DNA of 64,000 nucleotides from Alphaproteobacteria bacterium (lineage in GTDB: Bacteria; Pseudomonadota; Alphaproteobacteria; UBA2966; CAIVPW01): positions 2,469 through 66,468 of the forward strand of contig VGER01000003.1 in NCBI GenBank assembly GCA_016869235.1, in the 5' to 3' direction. A program made the translations under genes and the position numbers. Position 1 is the stretch's first letter, and every line of letters begins with the position of its first letter. Of this stretch, positions 48,953 through 58,647 are shown one piece after another. The notes under the pieces were generated by a model that worked only from the letters and a program-made list of their open reading frames with translations, did not search any database and had not been told where the DNA came from.

Positions 48953-49882
48953 CTACGCGGCGACGTCGGTGCGCGCCGCGGTCGGGAACAGGCCGCGCGG
49001 GCGCAGCACCAGCACGACCGCCAGAGCGACGTAGATCAGCATCGACGCGAGCGCGGGCCCGACCGCGTCGGCGACGGGACCGGCGAAGGCGGCGCGCAAC
49101 AGCCCCGGCAAGTAGGCGCGGCCCACCGTGTCGATCAGCCCGATCAGAACGGCCGCGACGAAGGCGCCGCGGATTGAGCCTATGCCGCCGATCACTACCA
49201 CCACGAACGCGAGCAGCAGGACTTCCTCGCCCATGCCGACGCGCACCGTGAGTAGCGGGGCGGCGAGGATGCCGGCCAGGCCGGACAGGGCAGCGCCGAG
49301 GGCGAACACCGCCAGGAACAGCAGCCGCACGTTCACGCCGAGCGCCTCGGCCATGCCGCGGTTGGCGGCGGCGGCCCGCAGCAGCATGCCGGCGCGCGTG
49401 CGCGCGATCATCACGTACATCGCCGCCGCGGCGAGGATGCCGGCGACCAGCACGACGAGACGGTAGCTCGGATAGGGAATGCCCAGCACGTTGATCTGTC
49501 CCGCGAGCCAAGGCGGCGGCGACAGCGAAAGACCGGCCGGACCGAACGCGAGACGTGCGAGCTCGTTGAAGAACAGGATCAGGCCGAACGTGCCGAGCAC
49601 CTGCTCGAGGTGCGGCCGGTCGTAGAGCCCGCGAACGACTGAGCGCTCCAGCAGGATGCCGACGATGACGGTCGAGAGCAGCGCAGCGATCGATCCGAGC
49701 AGGAACGATTCGGTCCACGCGACGAACGTGACCGCGAAGTATGCGCCGAGCATGTACAGCGAGCCATGGGCGAGGTTGACCAGGCCCATGATGCCGAACA
49801 CGAGAGTCAGGCCCGCGGACAGCAGGAACAGCAGCACGCCAAACTGCAGGCCGTTAAGAACCTGCTCGAGGAACAACGTCAT
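48953..49882 (-). CDS. livH: Branched-chain amino-acid ABC transporter permease
   Basis: 309-aa polytopic permease of the LivH type. Confidence 0.8.
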   Translation of the reverse strand: MTLFLEQVLNGLQFGVLLFLLSAGLTLVFGIMGLVNLAHGSLYMLGAYFAVTFVAWTESFLLGSIAALLSTVIVGILLERSVVRGLYDRPHLEQVLGTFGLILFFNELARLAFGPAGLSLSPPPWLAGQINVLGIPYPSYRLVVLVAGILAAAAMYVMIARTRAGMLLRAAAANRGMAEALGVNVRLLFLAVFALGAALSGLAGILAAPLLTVRVGMGEEVLLLAFVVVVIGGIGSIRGAFVAAVLIGLIDTVGRAYLPGLLRAAFAGPVADAVGPALASMLIYVALAVVLVLRPRGLFPTAARTDVAA

Positions 49883-49925
49883 GCGCTGAGTGTCGCCTCG
49901 ATGACTCCCATTCTACAAGCGTGGG

Positions 49926-51122
49926 CTATGGCGCCGCCGCCATGCGGCAGTCCCCGGCGTATGGATCGGCATGGTCGGTGAATACGCGGTCGCCGAGCTT
50001 GAGGGCGTAGGCACCGTCCGCGCCACGCACCACCTCCCATACATAGAAGCTCTGCACCGGGAAATGATTGCGGCCGAAGCGGAAGGCCCCGCGCACCGAC
50101 TCGAAGTTGGCGCGCTCCAGCGCGGTGCGCAACGCGTCACGATCCTGGAGGTTGCCGCGCGTCGCCTCCACGGCGCTCTTGATGAGCACGGCGGAGTCGT
50201 ATGCCTGCGCCGCGTAGAAGGACGGCGTGCGGCCGTGCTTCTTGCGGAAGTCGTCGACAAAACGGCGATTGGCGGGCACGTCGAGGTCGGCGCCCCAATG
50301 CTGGGTGAGCTGCGAGCCCACCACCATCTCGCCGATTTGCGGGAGGTTGAGGGTGTCGATGCTGAACGTCGAGTACAGCGGAATCTGGGCGAGCAACCCG
50401 GCCTGCGCGTACTGCTTGAAGAACTGCGTGCCGTAGTTGCCGGGAAAGAAGAACCAGACCGCGCTCGGGTTGGCGGCGCGGATCTTGGCGAGCTCGGCGG
50501 CGAAGTCGAGGTGATCAGGCCACTGTGTGTACTCCTCGGCGACGATGGTGCCGCGGAACGAGCGCTTGAAGCCCGCCACCATGTTGCGGCCGGCGGCGTA
50601 GTTGGGCGCCAGCACGTACACGTTGGACAGATTGCGCTTGTTCAGCACCTCGGCCATCGCCATGGGTGTCTGGTCGTTCTGCCACGAGGTGGAGAAGAAG
50701 TTTGGCGTGCATTGCGCGCCGGCGAGCTCGGAGGGGCCGGCGTTGGCACTGATCACTATGGCCCCGCCGGCGATGCCGGCACGGTAGGAAGCCAGCAGTA
50801 CGTTGGACCAAATGTAGCCCGTGACGAACTGCACGCCGTCGCGCTGCACCAGCCGCTCGGTCTTCTGCAAACCGATGTCGGGGTTTTGCGCGTCGTCCTC
50901 GTAGAGGACCGTGACCTTGCGGCCGGCCATGGTGCGGCCCATGTGGTCGAGCGCCAGCTCGAAGGCGTCGCGCATATCCTGGCCGATGGCCGCCGAACCG
51001 CCCGTGAGCGTGGTGACGAAGCCGATGCGGACGCCTTCGCCGTCGTCGCGCAGCTGGTTGAGGATCACCGCCGCGACGATTGCGATGAGTACGACCAGGC
51101 CTACCAACGCACGAGCGTTCAT
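49926..51122 (-). CDS. livK: ABC transporter substrate-binding protein (LivK/LivJ family)
   Basis: MNARALVGLVVLIAIVAAV (signal) then a periplasmic binding protein type I fold. The upstream part of track ORF 49926..51476 is non-coding. Confidence 0.8.
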   Translation of the reverse strand: MNARALVGLVVLIAIVAAVILNQLRDDGEGVRIGFVTTLTGGSAAIGQDMRDAFELALDHMGRTMAGRKVTVLYEDDAQNPDIGLQKTERLVQRDGVQFVTGYIWSNVLLASYRAGIAGGAIVISANAGPSELAGAQCTPNFFSTSWQNDQTPMAMAEVLNKRNLSNVYVLAPNYAAGRNMVAGFKRSFRGTIVAEEYTQWPDHLDFAAELAKIRAANPSAVWFFFPGNYGTQFFKQYAQAGLLAQIPLYSTFSIDTLNLPQIGEMVVGSQLTQHWGADLDVPANRRFVDDFRKKHGRTPSFYAAQAYDSAVLIKSAVEATRGNLQDRDALRTALERANFESVRGAFRFGRNHFPVQSFYVWEVVRGADGAYALKLGDRVFTDHADPYAGDCRMAAAP

Positions 51123-51258
51123 GGGTTTCTTTGCGCCCCCTTGATCGAACGTGCGGATACTAGCCCAGGCCGCCGGGGATGTATCGGCGGTGGATGCGCA
51201 GGCTTGCGGGCGGGGCGGGCTGCTGGAACAATCCGCCATCGCATCACGGGAGCGGCAG

Positions 51259-51837
51259 ATGTACCTGCGTGCATGGTTCAGTGGCGTCCTTCTGGCGGGC
51301 GCGGTCGGGCTGGTCGCGAGCGCGCTGGCGCAGCGGGCGCCGGTGCCCAAGCGCCCGTTGGCCGAACGTTTCAACCCCGACGAGAAGGTCGGCACCATGA
51401 CGGCGCGCTTCATCGAGAGCGCCTGGGACGGCATCACCATCCCGGCGGCGCAGGTGTGTAAGCGCTTCGGCGGCAACGGCGCGACGCCGCGGCTGGCGTT
51501 GGACGGCTATCACAGCGGCACACAGGTGATCCTGCTCGCCTTCAACGACGAGACCTATGAGCCGATGAACAACGGCGGCCACGGCATCGTCGGCTTCCGC
51601 ATCAACGGCAAGTACGCGTCCACCGGCTCGCTGCCCGGCGAGACCAACATCATCAGCCAGGGCAACTTCATCGTCGCCGACAACCGCCTCGGCCAGTCGC
51701 CCGGCTACTTGCCGCCGTGCTCGGGCGGGCAGGGGCACCTCTACTCGGTGACGGTCATGGCGGTGACCTGGGCCGATACCAACCCGCCGTACTACCGCGT
51801 GCTCAACCAGACCCGGGTGGAGCTGGGCCGCTACTAG
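51259..51837 (+). CDS. Secreted hypothetical protein
   Basis: MYLRAWFSGVLLAGAVGLVASALAQ signal peptide; no recognisable domain. Confidence 0.45.
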   Translation: MYLRAWFSGVLLAGAVGLVASALAQRAPVPKRPLAERFNPDEKVGTMTARFIESAWDGITIPAAQVCKRFGGNGATPRLALDGYHSGTQVILLAFNDETYEPMNNGGHGIVGFRINGKYASTGSLPGETNIISQGNFIVADNRLGQSPGYLPPCSGGQGHLYSVTVMAVTWADTNPPYYRVLNQTRVELGRY

Positions 51838-53214
51838 CGCGCCGCCGCCAGCACCGCGGTCGGGTCGAGCACGGCGCCGCCGCGTACGACGCGGAAGATG
51901 CGCGTGGTGTTGCGGATATCGGCGAGCGGATCGGCGTCCAGCACCAACAGGTCGGCGAGCTTACCCGCCGCGATGACGCCGAGCTGATCGTTGCGCACCA
52001 GCGCGGCGCCGCCGCTGGTTGCGGCCACCAGCACCTCCATGGTCGTGAGGCCCGCCTGCACCATCAGCTCGAACTCGCGGTGCAGGCCCGGCCCGTGCAG
52101 CGTGCCGATGTTGCCGGCATCCGATCCCGCGGCGATGCGCACGCCCGCGTCGCGCAGGCGGCGCAGGTTGGCGGCGGCGTCCGGGTCGATGGGCGGCACC
52201 GGCCGTGGCGCGGGCACGCGGGGCCGCGCGGTCAGCTGCGCCAGTTGCAAGATGCTTGCGATGGCAGCGGGATCGCCGGTGCGGTTCTCCATTGCCGTGG
52301 GATGGAAGGCAAGCCCGAGGGCGCGCGTAGCCCTCCACCACGGCAAAGGTCGGCGTATAGACGACGCCCTGCGCGCGCAGCTGGAAGGCCAGGGCCGCAT
52401 CGACGACCATGTCGTCCATTCCATGGACCAGCACGTCGGCGCCCGCCTCGACCACGGCGCGGGCGAGGCGAACGTCGGTGGCGTGGACGCCAACGCGGAG
52501 GCCCAGCGCGTGCGCCTCTTCGATGACCGCGCTCATCCATGCCATCTGCGGCCGGGCGCGCACGAACCAAATCTTGACGAGGTCGGGACGTTGCGCAGCG
52601 AGTCGGCGTACCTCGGCGCGCGCCTGGTCCGGCGTGGCGACGGCGATCATGGCGGGATCGGCGACGGCGATCTCCGGCGGCAGGTAGGGCGTCAGCAGCG
52701 GACCGGCGACGAACACGTTGGGGGCGAGGACGGAGCGCGTTGCGAGCGCCCGCACCTCGAATGTCCAGTAAGGGCCGCCGACGTCCACGACCGTGGTGAT
52801 GCCGCTCGCCAAGTAGCGGGCGAAGGTGGCGGGGATAGCGTCGCGCACCGCCCGGACCTCGGCGTCGTAGGGGCGGATCGAGCGCAGATCGAGGATGTCG
52901 GGCCGGGCGAAGGCGCCGCCGGACTGGAAGAAATGCATGTGCGCATCGATCAACCCGGGCAGCAGCCACTTGCCGGCAAGATCGATGCGCTGGGCGTCGG
53001 CCGGGACGGCGACTTCCCCGACGCGGCCGACCGCCACGATGCGGTCCCCATCGAGGAGGACGGCCGAATTGGCAAGCGGCGTCGCGCCAGTGTCGTCGAT
53101 CAGGGTGGCGCCGAGAAGGGCGACCGTCGCTGCGAGGCTGGGACCGGGCCAGGTGCCGGCGAGTGCGGCGAACAGGGCGGCAAAAAAACGAAGCCGTCGG
53201 CGTGCGCCCGGCAC
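51834..53214 (-). pseudogene. Amidohydrolase-family protein (signal peptide) with a frameshift near 52300
   Basis: N-part ...LLPGLIDAHMHFF...VGVHATD...VVEGYAR in ORF 51961..53214. C-part ALGLAFHPTAMENRTGDPAAI...AAGSDAGNIGTLHG...GKLADLLVLDADPLADI in ORF 51834..52493. Confidence 0.55.
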
Positions 53215-53265
53215 GCCAGCGGCGAAACCGAACAGCCGCGGCGCGAACGGCCGCGGCGAAGGGCG

Positions 53266-53419
53266 GCTAGTGGTGACCGTGGCCGCGGGACATCGTGCCC
53301 GGTCCCTGACCGATCAACTGGTCCTTGCGGGCCATCCAGCCCTTGAAGATGAACATCAGGCCCGCGAGAACAACCAGCGTCGCGGCCATGAACGCAAGCA
53401 GCAAGAACAGTTCCGGCAT
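53266..53419 (-). CDS. 50-aa single-TM small protein (MPELFLLLAFMAATLVVLAGLMFIFKGWMARKDQLIGQGPGTMSRGHGHH)
   Basis: Not in the ORF track (below its length cutoff). GGGGTGGGG precedes the ATG. It sits immediately upstream of the amidohydrolase on the same strand. Confidence 0.35.
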
Positions 53420-53544
53420 AGACCCCACCCCATCGTTGACAGCCGCGCCCCTTCCGGGGCCGTGCGGCGCGCCTACAATCCTTCAATAGGCCGCGAAAAT
53501 CAATCGCCCGGGCAACCGGCCGCGGGCCTATATCGCAGAGCCGC

Positions 53545-54180
53545 CTAGCAGGGATAGCGCTGGGCCATGGCGGTCAGCACCAGGCTGGCCGAGGTATGCA
53601 CGGCCAGCTGGTCGAGGTGCTCGCCCAGGTAGCGGAGCACGGCAAGCCGCCACTCGGCCAGGGTGCTGTTCTCGGGCAGGCAGACGAAGGGCCGCCGGAT
53701 GGTCTGCCAGTCGACCAGCGTCTGGTGTGCGTCGAGCACCGCGTAGAGGACCGGCTCGCAGTTGGTGGAGTTGGTGCACTGGGTGGCGAGATCGACGCCG
53801 TCGCGCGGCGCGAACAGGGTCGCGGTGGGCGCGGCGGCGGCCGCGCAACGGAAGTTCACCTGCAGCGCGTCGATGATCAGGCTGCCCGCGCTGGCCGACA
53901 GCCGTTCGGGCCGGGCCGACAACGTCGCGCTCACCGCCTGCCACAGGACCGCCGGCTCCTGGGGCCGTGGCGTGCAGATGCGCGAGCGCGCATTGCCCCA
54001 GACCATCAACGTGTCGTACGCATCCACCAGCGCCCGCAGGTAGAGCTCGCACAAGGTCGCGTCGGAACAGTTCTGCAGCAGGTCGGCGCCGGAATAGCCG
54101 CGCGGCAATGCCGCGCTGTCGCGCGGAGAAGTTGCAACTGCCGCGGCCAACATGGCCGCGCCAAAGACGAACGCACGCAT
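53545..54180 (-). CDS. Secreted tandem-repeat Cys-rich protein of unknown function
   Basis: MRAFVFGAAMLAAAVA signal. Two repeats of about 85 aa, each with C-x6-C...C...C (CSDATLC..ICTP..FRC and CTNSTNC..VCLP..YPC). Confidence 0.5.
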   Translation of the reverse strand: MRAFVFGAAMLAAAVATSPRDSAALPRGYSGADLLQNCSDATLCELYLRALVDAYDTLMVWGNARSRICTPRPQEPAVLWQAVSATLSARPERLSASAGSLIIDALQVNFRCAAAAAPTATLFAPRDGVDLATQCTNSTNCEPVLYAVLDAHQTLVDWQTIRRPFVCLPENSTLAEWRLAVLRYLGEHLDQLAVHTSASLVLTAMAQRYPC

Positions 54181-54273
54181 ATGAAACCGATCTCCCGGCA
54201 GAACCCTAGCGGGTCGCGCCCACGGCTGCAACAACTTGGGCCGGGACACGGACCCGCCCCAAAGGGTTGTTGA

Positions 54274-55654
54274 ATGGCCCAGTTCATCATCCGGCCGGCG
54301 GCCGAGCTGGGCACCAAGTCGCGGTACACGCGCGCTCACTTCCAGAACGCGCTGCGGCGCAACATTGCGCTCGCCTTGCGCCGCGCCGGCGCCTCGCGGG
54401 CGCTGGTGCAGGACTTCGGACGTATCTATCTCGACACGGACTCGCCCACGGCCGCGGCGCGCGTGCTGTCGCGTGTGTTCGGCATCGGCAACTTCTCCGC
54501 GGTCGAGGCCGAGTGCACGCCCGACCTCGACACCATCGTCGCGACGGCGGTGAGGGTGTTCGGCGAGCGGGTGCGCGGCCGGCGCTTCGCGGTGCGCGCC
54601 AAGCGGGTGCGTGCGGTGGGACTTTGCCACCCATCCGGTGAACGAACGCGTGGGGGCCGCGTTGAAGGACGCGGGCGGCATCGTCGACCTTGATCATCCC
54701 GAGATCACCGTCGCGGTGGAGGGTGACGCCGAGCGCTGCCGCCTGTTTGCGGATCGGATTCCGGGAGCGCAAGGACTGCCCGTCGGCGTCGGCGGCCACG
54801 TCGTGGCGCTGCTGTCGGGAGGGTTCGATTCCTCCGTGGCCGCCTGGCGCATGATGCGCCCCGGCGTGCGCGTCGACTACGTGTTCTGCAACCTCGGCGG
54901 CGGCGCCTATGAGCGCATGGTGCTGCACGTCGGCAAGGCGCTGCACGACACCTGGAGCCACGGGCACCTCGGGCGCCTGCACGTGGTGGACTTCGGGCCG
55001 ACCCTCGATGCCCTGCGGGCGGCGGTGCCGAAGCAGTTCTGGCAGGTGGTTTTGAAGCGGCAGATGTACCGCGCCGCCTCGGCCATCGCCGATGCGTGCG
55101 GCGCCGCCGCCATCGTCACGGGCGAGTCGATCGGCCAGGTTTCGTCGCAGACGCTCGCCAACCTGTGTGCGATCGAGCCTGCAGCGGCCAAGCCGGTGCT
55201 GCGGCCTCTGATCGCCATGGACAAGCAAGAGATCGTCGACGAGGCGGAACGAGTCGGCACTGCGGCCCTGTCGCGTCGGATCAAGGAGTACTGCGCGATC
55301 GTGCCGAGCCACGCGATCACCGCGACCACGCGCGAGCGCGTCGACCGGGCCGAAGCAGGACTTGACCCGACGGTGCTGCTCGCCGCGGTGACGGCACGGC
55401 GCGAAGTCGCCTTGCACGGACTCAAGACCGAAGACCTGCGCGCGCCCTATTTGTTCACCGAGCAAATCCCCGGCAGCGCGGCCGTGATCGACTGTCAGAG
55501 CGCCGAGGCATTCGCCCGCTGGCACGTGCCGGGAGCGCAGCATTGGGATCCGGTGGCGCTGCTCGACCGGCTGCCGGAGCTCAGCAAGGAGCGCACCTAC
55601 GTCGTGTACTGCGCCCACGGCGTGCAGTCGGCGGGCGTGGTCGAGATGATGTAG
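54274..55654 (+). pseudogene. thiI: tRNA 4-thiouridine sulfurtransferase ThiI (with C-terminal rhodanese domain), frameshifted at a GGG run near 54626
   Basis: THUMP N-terminus (MAQFIIRPAAELGTKSRYTRAHF...FAVRAKRV) in ORF 54274..54693. PP-loop SGGFDSSVA and the rhodanese end ...VVYCAHGVQS in ORF 54611..55654. Confidence 0.6.
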
Positions 55655-55808
55655 CAGGCCGGATTCGAGGCCTACGCGTTCCGGGGCGGCATTACGTTGC
55701 TGCGCCGGCACCTGGCGGAGGTAGCCGCCTAGCGGACGGAACTCCTACAAAGGGTGGTACGCGCAACCCTCTGGATGCACTACGATATTGGTGCCAGGGA
55801 GTTGCGCC

Positions 55809-56267
55809 ATGGCTCGGCTTGGGTTGGTCCTCGTTTTCGCTGTGCTACTGCCAGCCGCCGCCGCGGCCCAGCAGACGCGGCCGCGGGTGATCGACGGCCA
55901 AACCCTCGAGGTCGGCGGCACCGTCGTGCGGTTGTTCGGCATATGGGCGCCGGAGTGCGACCAAACCTGCCGCGTGCCACAGGGGCGGTGGTCGTGCGGC
56001 GAGTTTTCCACCGCCGCCCTGCATGACCTCATCCGCAATCGCGCCGTCAGTTGCGCGCAGGTCGACTCCGGCCGGTACGCGACGGTCACCGTCGCGCGCT
56101 GCACCGCCGGCGGCCGCGACCTTGGCGCGGCGCTCGTCGCCGGCGGCTGGGCGCTCGCTCAGCACGGCGCAGCGCCGGACTACGTTGCGTTGGAGGCCAA
56201 AGCGCGCAAGTCGGGCGCCGGCGTGTGGCGCGGCGACACTGGCGCCGCCGGATACGTGCCGTACTAG
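55809..56267 (+). CDS. Secreted thermonuclease (SNase-like) family protein
   Basis: Signal peptide MARLGLVLVFAVLLPAAAAAQ, then ...VIDGQTLEVGGTVVRLFGIWAPE... Confidence 0.6.
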   Translation: MARLGLVLVFAVLLPAAAAAQQTRPRVIDGQTLEVGGTVVRLFGIWAPECDQTCRVPQGRWSCGEFSTAALHDLIRNRAVSCAQVDSGRYATVTVARCTAGGRDLGAALVAGGWALAQHGAAPDYVALEAKARKSGAGVWRGDTGAAGYVPY

Positions 56268-56273
56268 AACGGA

Positions 56274-56912
56274 CTAGGCGGCGAGGCGGGCCGATTGCAC
56301 GAGGCCGACGCCGGCCGCGGCCATTTCCTGGCGCGCAGCGGCCAGCGAGTCGTTCAGGTCGATGGCGCGTGTCGCATCCTCGATGACCGTGGCCTGAAAT
56401 CCCTCCCGGCGCGCATCGAGCGCCGACCACTTGACGCAGAAGTCGAACGCCAGCCCGCACAGGTACACGTGCCGGAAGCCGCGCTCGCGCAGATAGCCGG
56501 CGAGGCCGGTCGTCGTGCGCTGGTCGTTCTCATAGAACGCCGAATAGGAATCGATGCCGGGACGGAACCCCTTGCGCACGATCATCTCCGCGCGTGTGAC
56601 GTCGAGGTCGCGGTGGAACTCCGCTCCCGGGGTGCCCTGCACGCAATGGTCGGGCCACAACACTTGCTCACCGTAGGCCACCGGCGTGGTCTGGAACGGC
56701 TGCTTATGGTGGGTCGAGGCGAACGATGCGTGTGCCGGCGTGTGCCAGTCCTGGGTGAACACCACGTGCGGGAACTGCGCCGAGAGCCGGTTGACCAGAG
56801 GCACGATGCGGTCGCCATCGGGAACCGGCAGATTGCCGCCCGGACAGAAGTCATTCTGAACGTCGACGACGAGCAGCACATCCTGCTCGCCGGGTCGAAG
56901 GGTCGTGGTCAT
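56274..56912 (-). CDS. pncA: Nicotinamidase/pyrazinamidase (isochorismatase family)
   Basis: LLVVDVQNDFCPGGNLPV...VFTQDWHTPAHASFA...HCVQGTPGAEF...VYLCGLAFDFCV. Confidence 0.8.
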   Translation of the reverse strand: MTTTLRPGEQDVLLVVDVQNDFCPGGNLPVPDGDRIVPLVNRLSAQFPHVVFTQDWHTPAHASFASTHHKQPFQTTPVAYGEQVLWPDHCVQGTPGAEFHRDLDVTRAEMIVRKGFRPGIDSYSAFYENDQRTTTGLAGYLRERGFRHVYLCGLAFDFCVKWSALDARREGFQATVIEDATRAIDLNDSLAAARQEMAAAGVGLVQSARLAA

Positions 56913-56973
56913 GCCACGATGCTAGCGAACCGCGGCAGCGGAGGGGAGTGTGCCCGTTCGGTAGGGAACGCCT

Positions 56974-57399
56974 TCAGTGGGCGACGCGGCGTGCAGGCGC
57001 GTCCTCGTGCCGCGTTGCGGCGGGAGATTCCGCCGCCGCCGCCGGCTTTTCGTGGACCGGCCGTGCCGCGGCCGCCTTCGCGTCGCGGGCTCTCGCGGCC
57101 GGAGCGCGCTCCGGGAAGCTGTCGGCGACCCCCGGGTCGGCCAACGCCTGGCTGAGATCGGCAAAGGCGATGTCGGCGTCGGCCAGCCTCGCGCCCTGCA
57201 GGTTGGTCGGCGCCAGCTTACCGGTGAGATTGCCATTGGCGTCACGCAGCTCGACCGGCTTCATGATGCAGTAGCCGAGCTTGGCGCGGCGCAGGTCGGC
57301 GTTGACCAGGAATGCGCCCGACAGGCTGGCGCGGCGAAGGTCGGCATCGTTCAAGTCGGCGTCGCGCAGGTCCGCGAGCATGAGCTTGGCGGACGACAA
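56974..57399 (-). CDS. Pentapeptide-repeat protein
   Basis: ADLRDADLNDADLRRASLSGAFLVNADLRRAKL repeats. The start is uncertain and may be an upstream TTG. Confidence 0.5.
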   Translation of the reverse strand: MSSAKLMLADLRDADLNDADLRRASLSGAFLVNADLRRAKLGYCIMKPVELRDANGNLTGKLAPTNLQGARLADADIAFADLSQALADPGVADSFPERAPAARARDAKAAAARPVHEKPAAAAESPAATRHEDAPARRVAH

Positions 57400-57508
57400 G
57401 TTGGCGCCGGCGAGGTTGGCCCCGCGCAGCCCGGCGCCGCTTGGTTACTTTGGGGTCACTCGGCAAGCCCGCGTATCGTGCCGATTGCGGCTAAGCCCTT
57501 GATTCTAT

Positions 57509-57584
57509 TGGTGCCGGCGGAGGGACTCGAACCCCCGACCACCTGATTACAAATCAGGTGCTCTACCAGCTGAGCTACGCCGGC
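57509..57584 (-). tRNA. tRNA-Thr (anticodon TGT) with encoded CCA
   Basis: Reverse complement is GCCGGCGTAGCTCAGCTGGTAGAGCACCTGATTTGTAATCAGGTGGTCGGGGGTTCGAGTCCCTCCGCCGGCACCA. Cloverleaf: 7-bp acceptor stem, GCTC/GAGC D-stem, CCTGA/TCAGG anticodon stem with loop TTTGTAA, T-stem GGGGG/CCCTC. Confidence 0.85.
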
Positions 57585-57597
57585 GACCGTCGCCAAC

Positions 57598-57627
57598 ATA
57601 ATGCGGGGTGGCTGGCGGGGCCACCAA
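57598..57627 (-). promoter_or_regulatory. Putative sigma70-type promoter for tRNA-Thr (TTGGTG-N18-CATTAT)
   Basis: On the minus strand, TTGGTG and CATTAT sit about 8 nt upstream of the tRNA 5' end. Confidence 0.3.
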
Positions 57628-57851
57628 TCCCCTTTGGTCATGGCCGGGCTCGACCCAGGCACTCTGATGCGGCCCATGAACTTCTGGACCTCATGCTGAG
57701 CCCGTCGTCGTGCCGAAGGCGCGCTCCGCGCGCACGGCGCGCGTCTTCACGCGACGCATGAGGCTGCTCCGCTGCTCACGCCGCTCACCCTTCGATAAGC
57801 TCAGGGTGAGGAGTGAGTGTGCGGCCGCTACCGCAACACGCAGAAGAAGGC

Positions 57852-58625
57852 CTACATGCCGTGCGGCGCGCCGCCGTCGAACTCGTAGCGCGGGAACGGC
57901 TGCTCGCCGCGCAGCCAGGCGTCCACCACCTTAGGGGAGCGCAGGATTAGCGCCAGCGCCGCCGTCATCTCAACGTTGTCCGCCTGCAGGCCCGCGTGCG
58001 CCGTGGCAAGGGTGACGCCCTGGTGGATGGCTTTGCTGACGCTGCGCGGCCAGCCGAAGGTCATCATCGGCGCGAGCGAGCGGCTGTGGCCGGAGAACAG
58101 CACCTCCTCGCAGAGCTTCACCTCGTACGAGACGTGGGCGCGGCAGACGCGCGGACGCACCTCGTAGATCGAGCAGGCGCCGTCGCTGCCGAGCAACGGG
58201 CAGGCGATGCGGAAGTCGTAGCGCGTCCACGGCGGGATGCCGTCCACCTTCGGTGCCGTGTCCAGCGCCGAGCGCGCCAGGTCCGGATCGGAGGCGACGT
58301 GGCGCGCCACCGCGACGGCTTCGACGATCGTCAGCTCGACGTTGGCGTGGCAGCAGAAGTAACAGCCCTTCGCGCAGGCGATGCGGGCCTTGATCTCCGG
58401 CCCCTCGCGGTCGGTGGCGAGGAAGTCCTCGGTCAGCGCATCCACTTGGCCCACCGTGTCGGCGTGGATGGCGGCAACGAGCGCGCCGGAGTTGTCCGGA
58501 CCGGCGGAGCGCGCGGCGGCGAGGCCGTCGCGCGTGCGCTTGTAGGTCGAGGCTACCAGCCGCTCGAGCTGCTGGTACTGCGCCTCGGTGAAACGATCGT
58601 TCTTGCGCCGCTTGGCCTCGCCCAT
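57852..58625 (-). CDS. YkgJ-family (CxxCxxCC, UPF0153) putative Fe/Zn-binding protein
   Basis: CAKGCYFCC...CPLLGSDGACSIYEVRPRVCR. Confidence 0.6.
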   Translation of the reverse strand: MGEAKRRKNDRFTEAQYQQLERLVASTYKRTRDGLAAARSAGPDNSGALVAAIHADTVGQVDALTEDFLATDREGPEIKARIACAKGCYFCCHANVELTIVEAVAVARHVASDPDLARSALDTAPKVDGIPPWTRYDFRIACPLLGSDGACSIYEVRPRVCRAHVSYEVKLCEEVLFSGHSRSLAPMMTFGWPRSVSKAIHQGVTLATAHAGLQADNVEMTAALALILRSPKVVDAWLRGEQPFPRYEFDGGAPHGM

Positions 58626-58647
58626 GGCGGCATTCTAGCCGCAGCCT

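Noticed and set aside
56974-57584. tRNA-Thr as an integration site for a genomic island on its 3' side (pentapeptide protein, pncA, thermonuclease, thiI)
   Set aside because: No integrase, no direct repeat of the tRNA 3' end, and no GC shift in the adjacent 5 kb. The neighbouring genes look like ordinary housekeeping loci.
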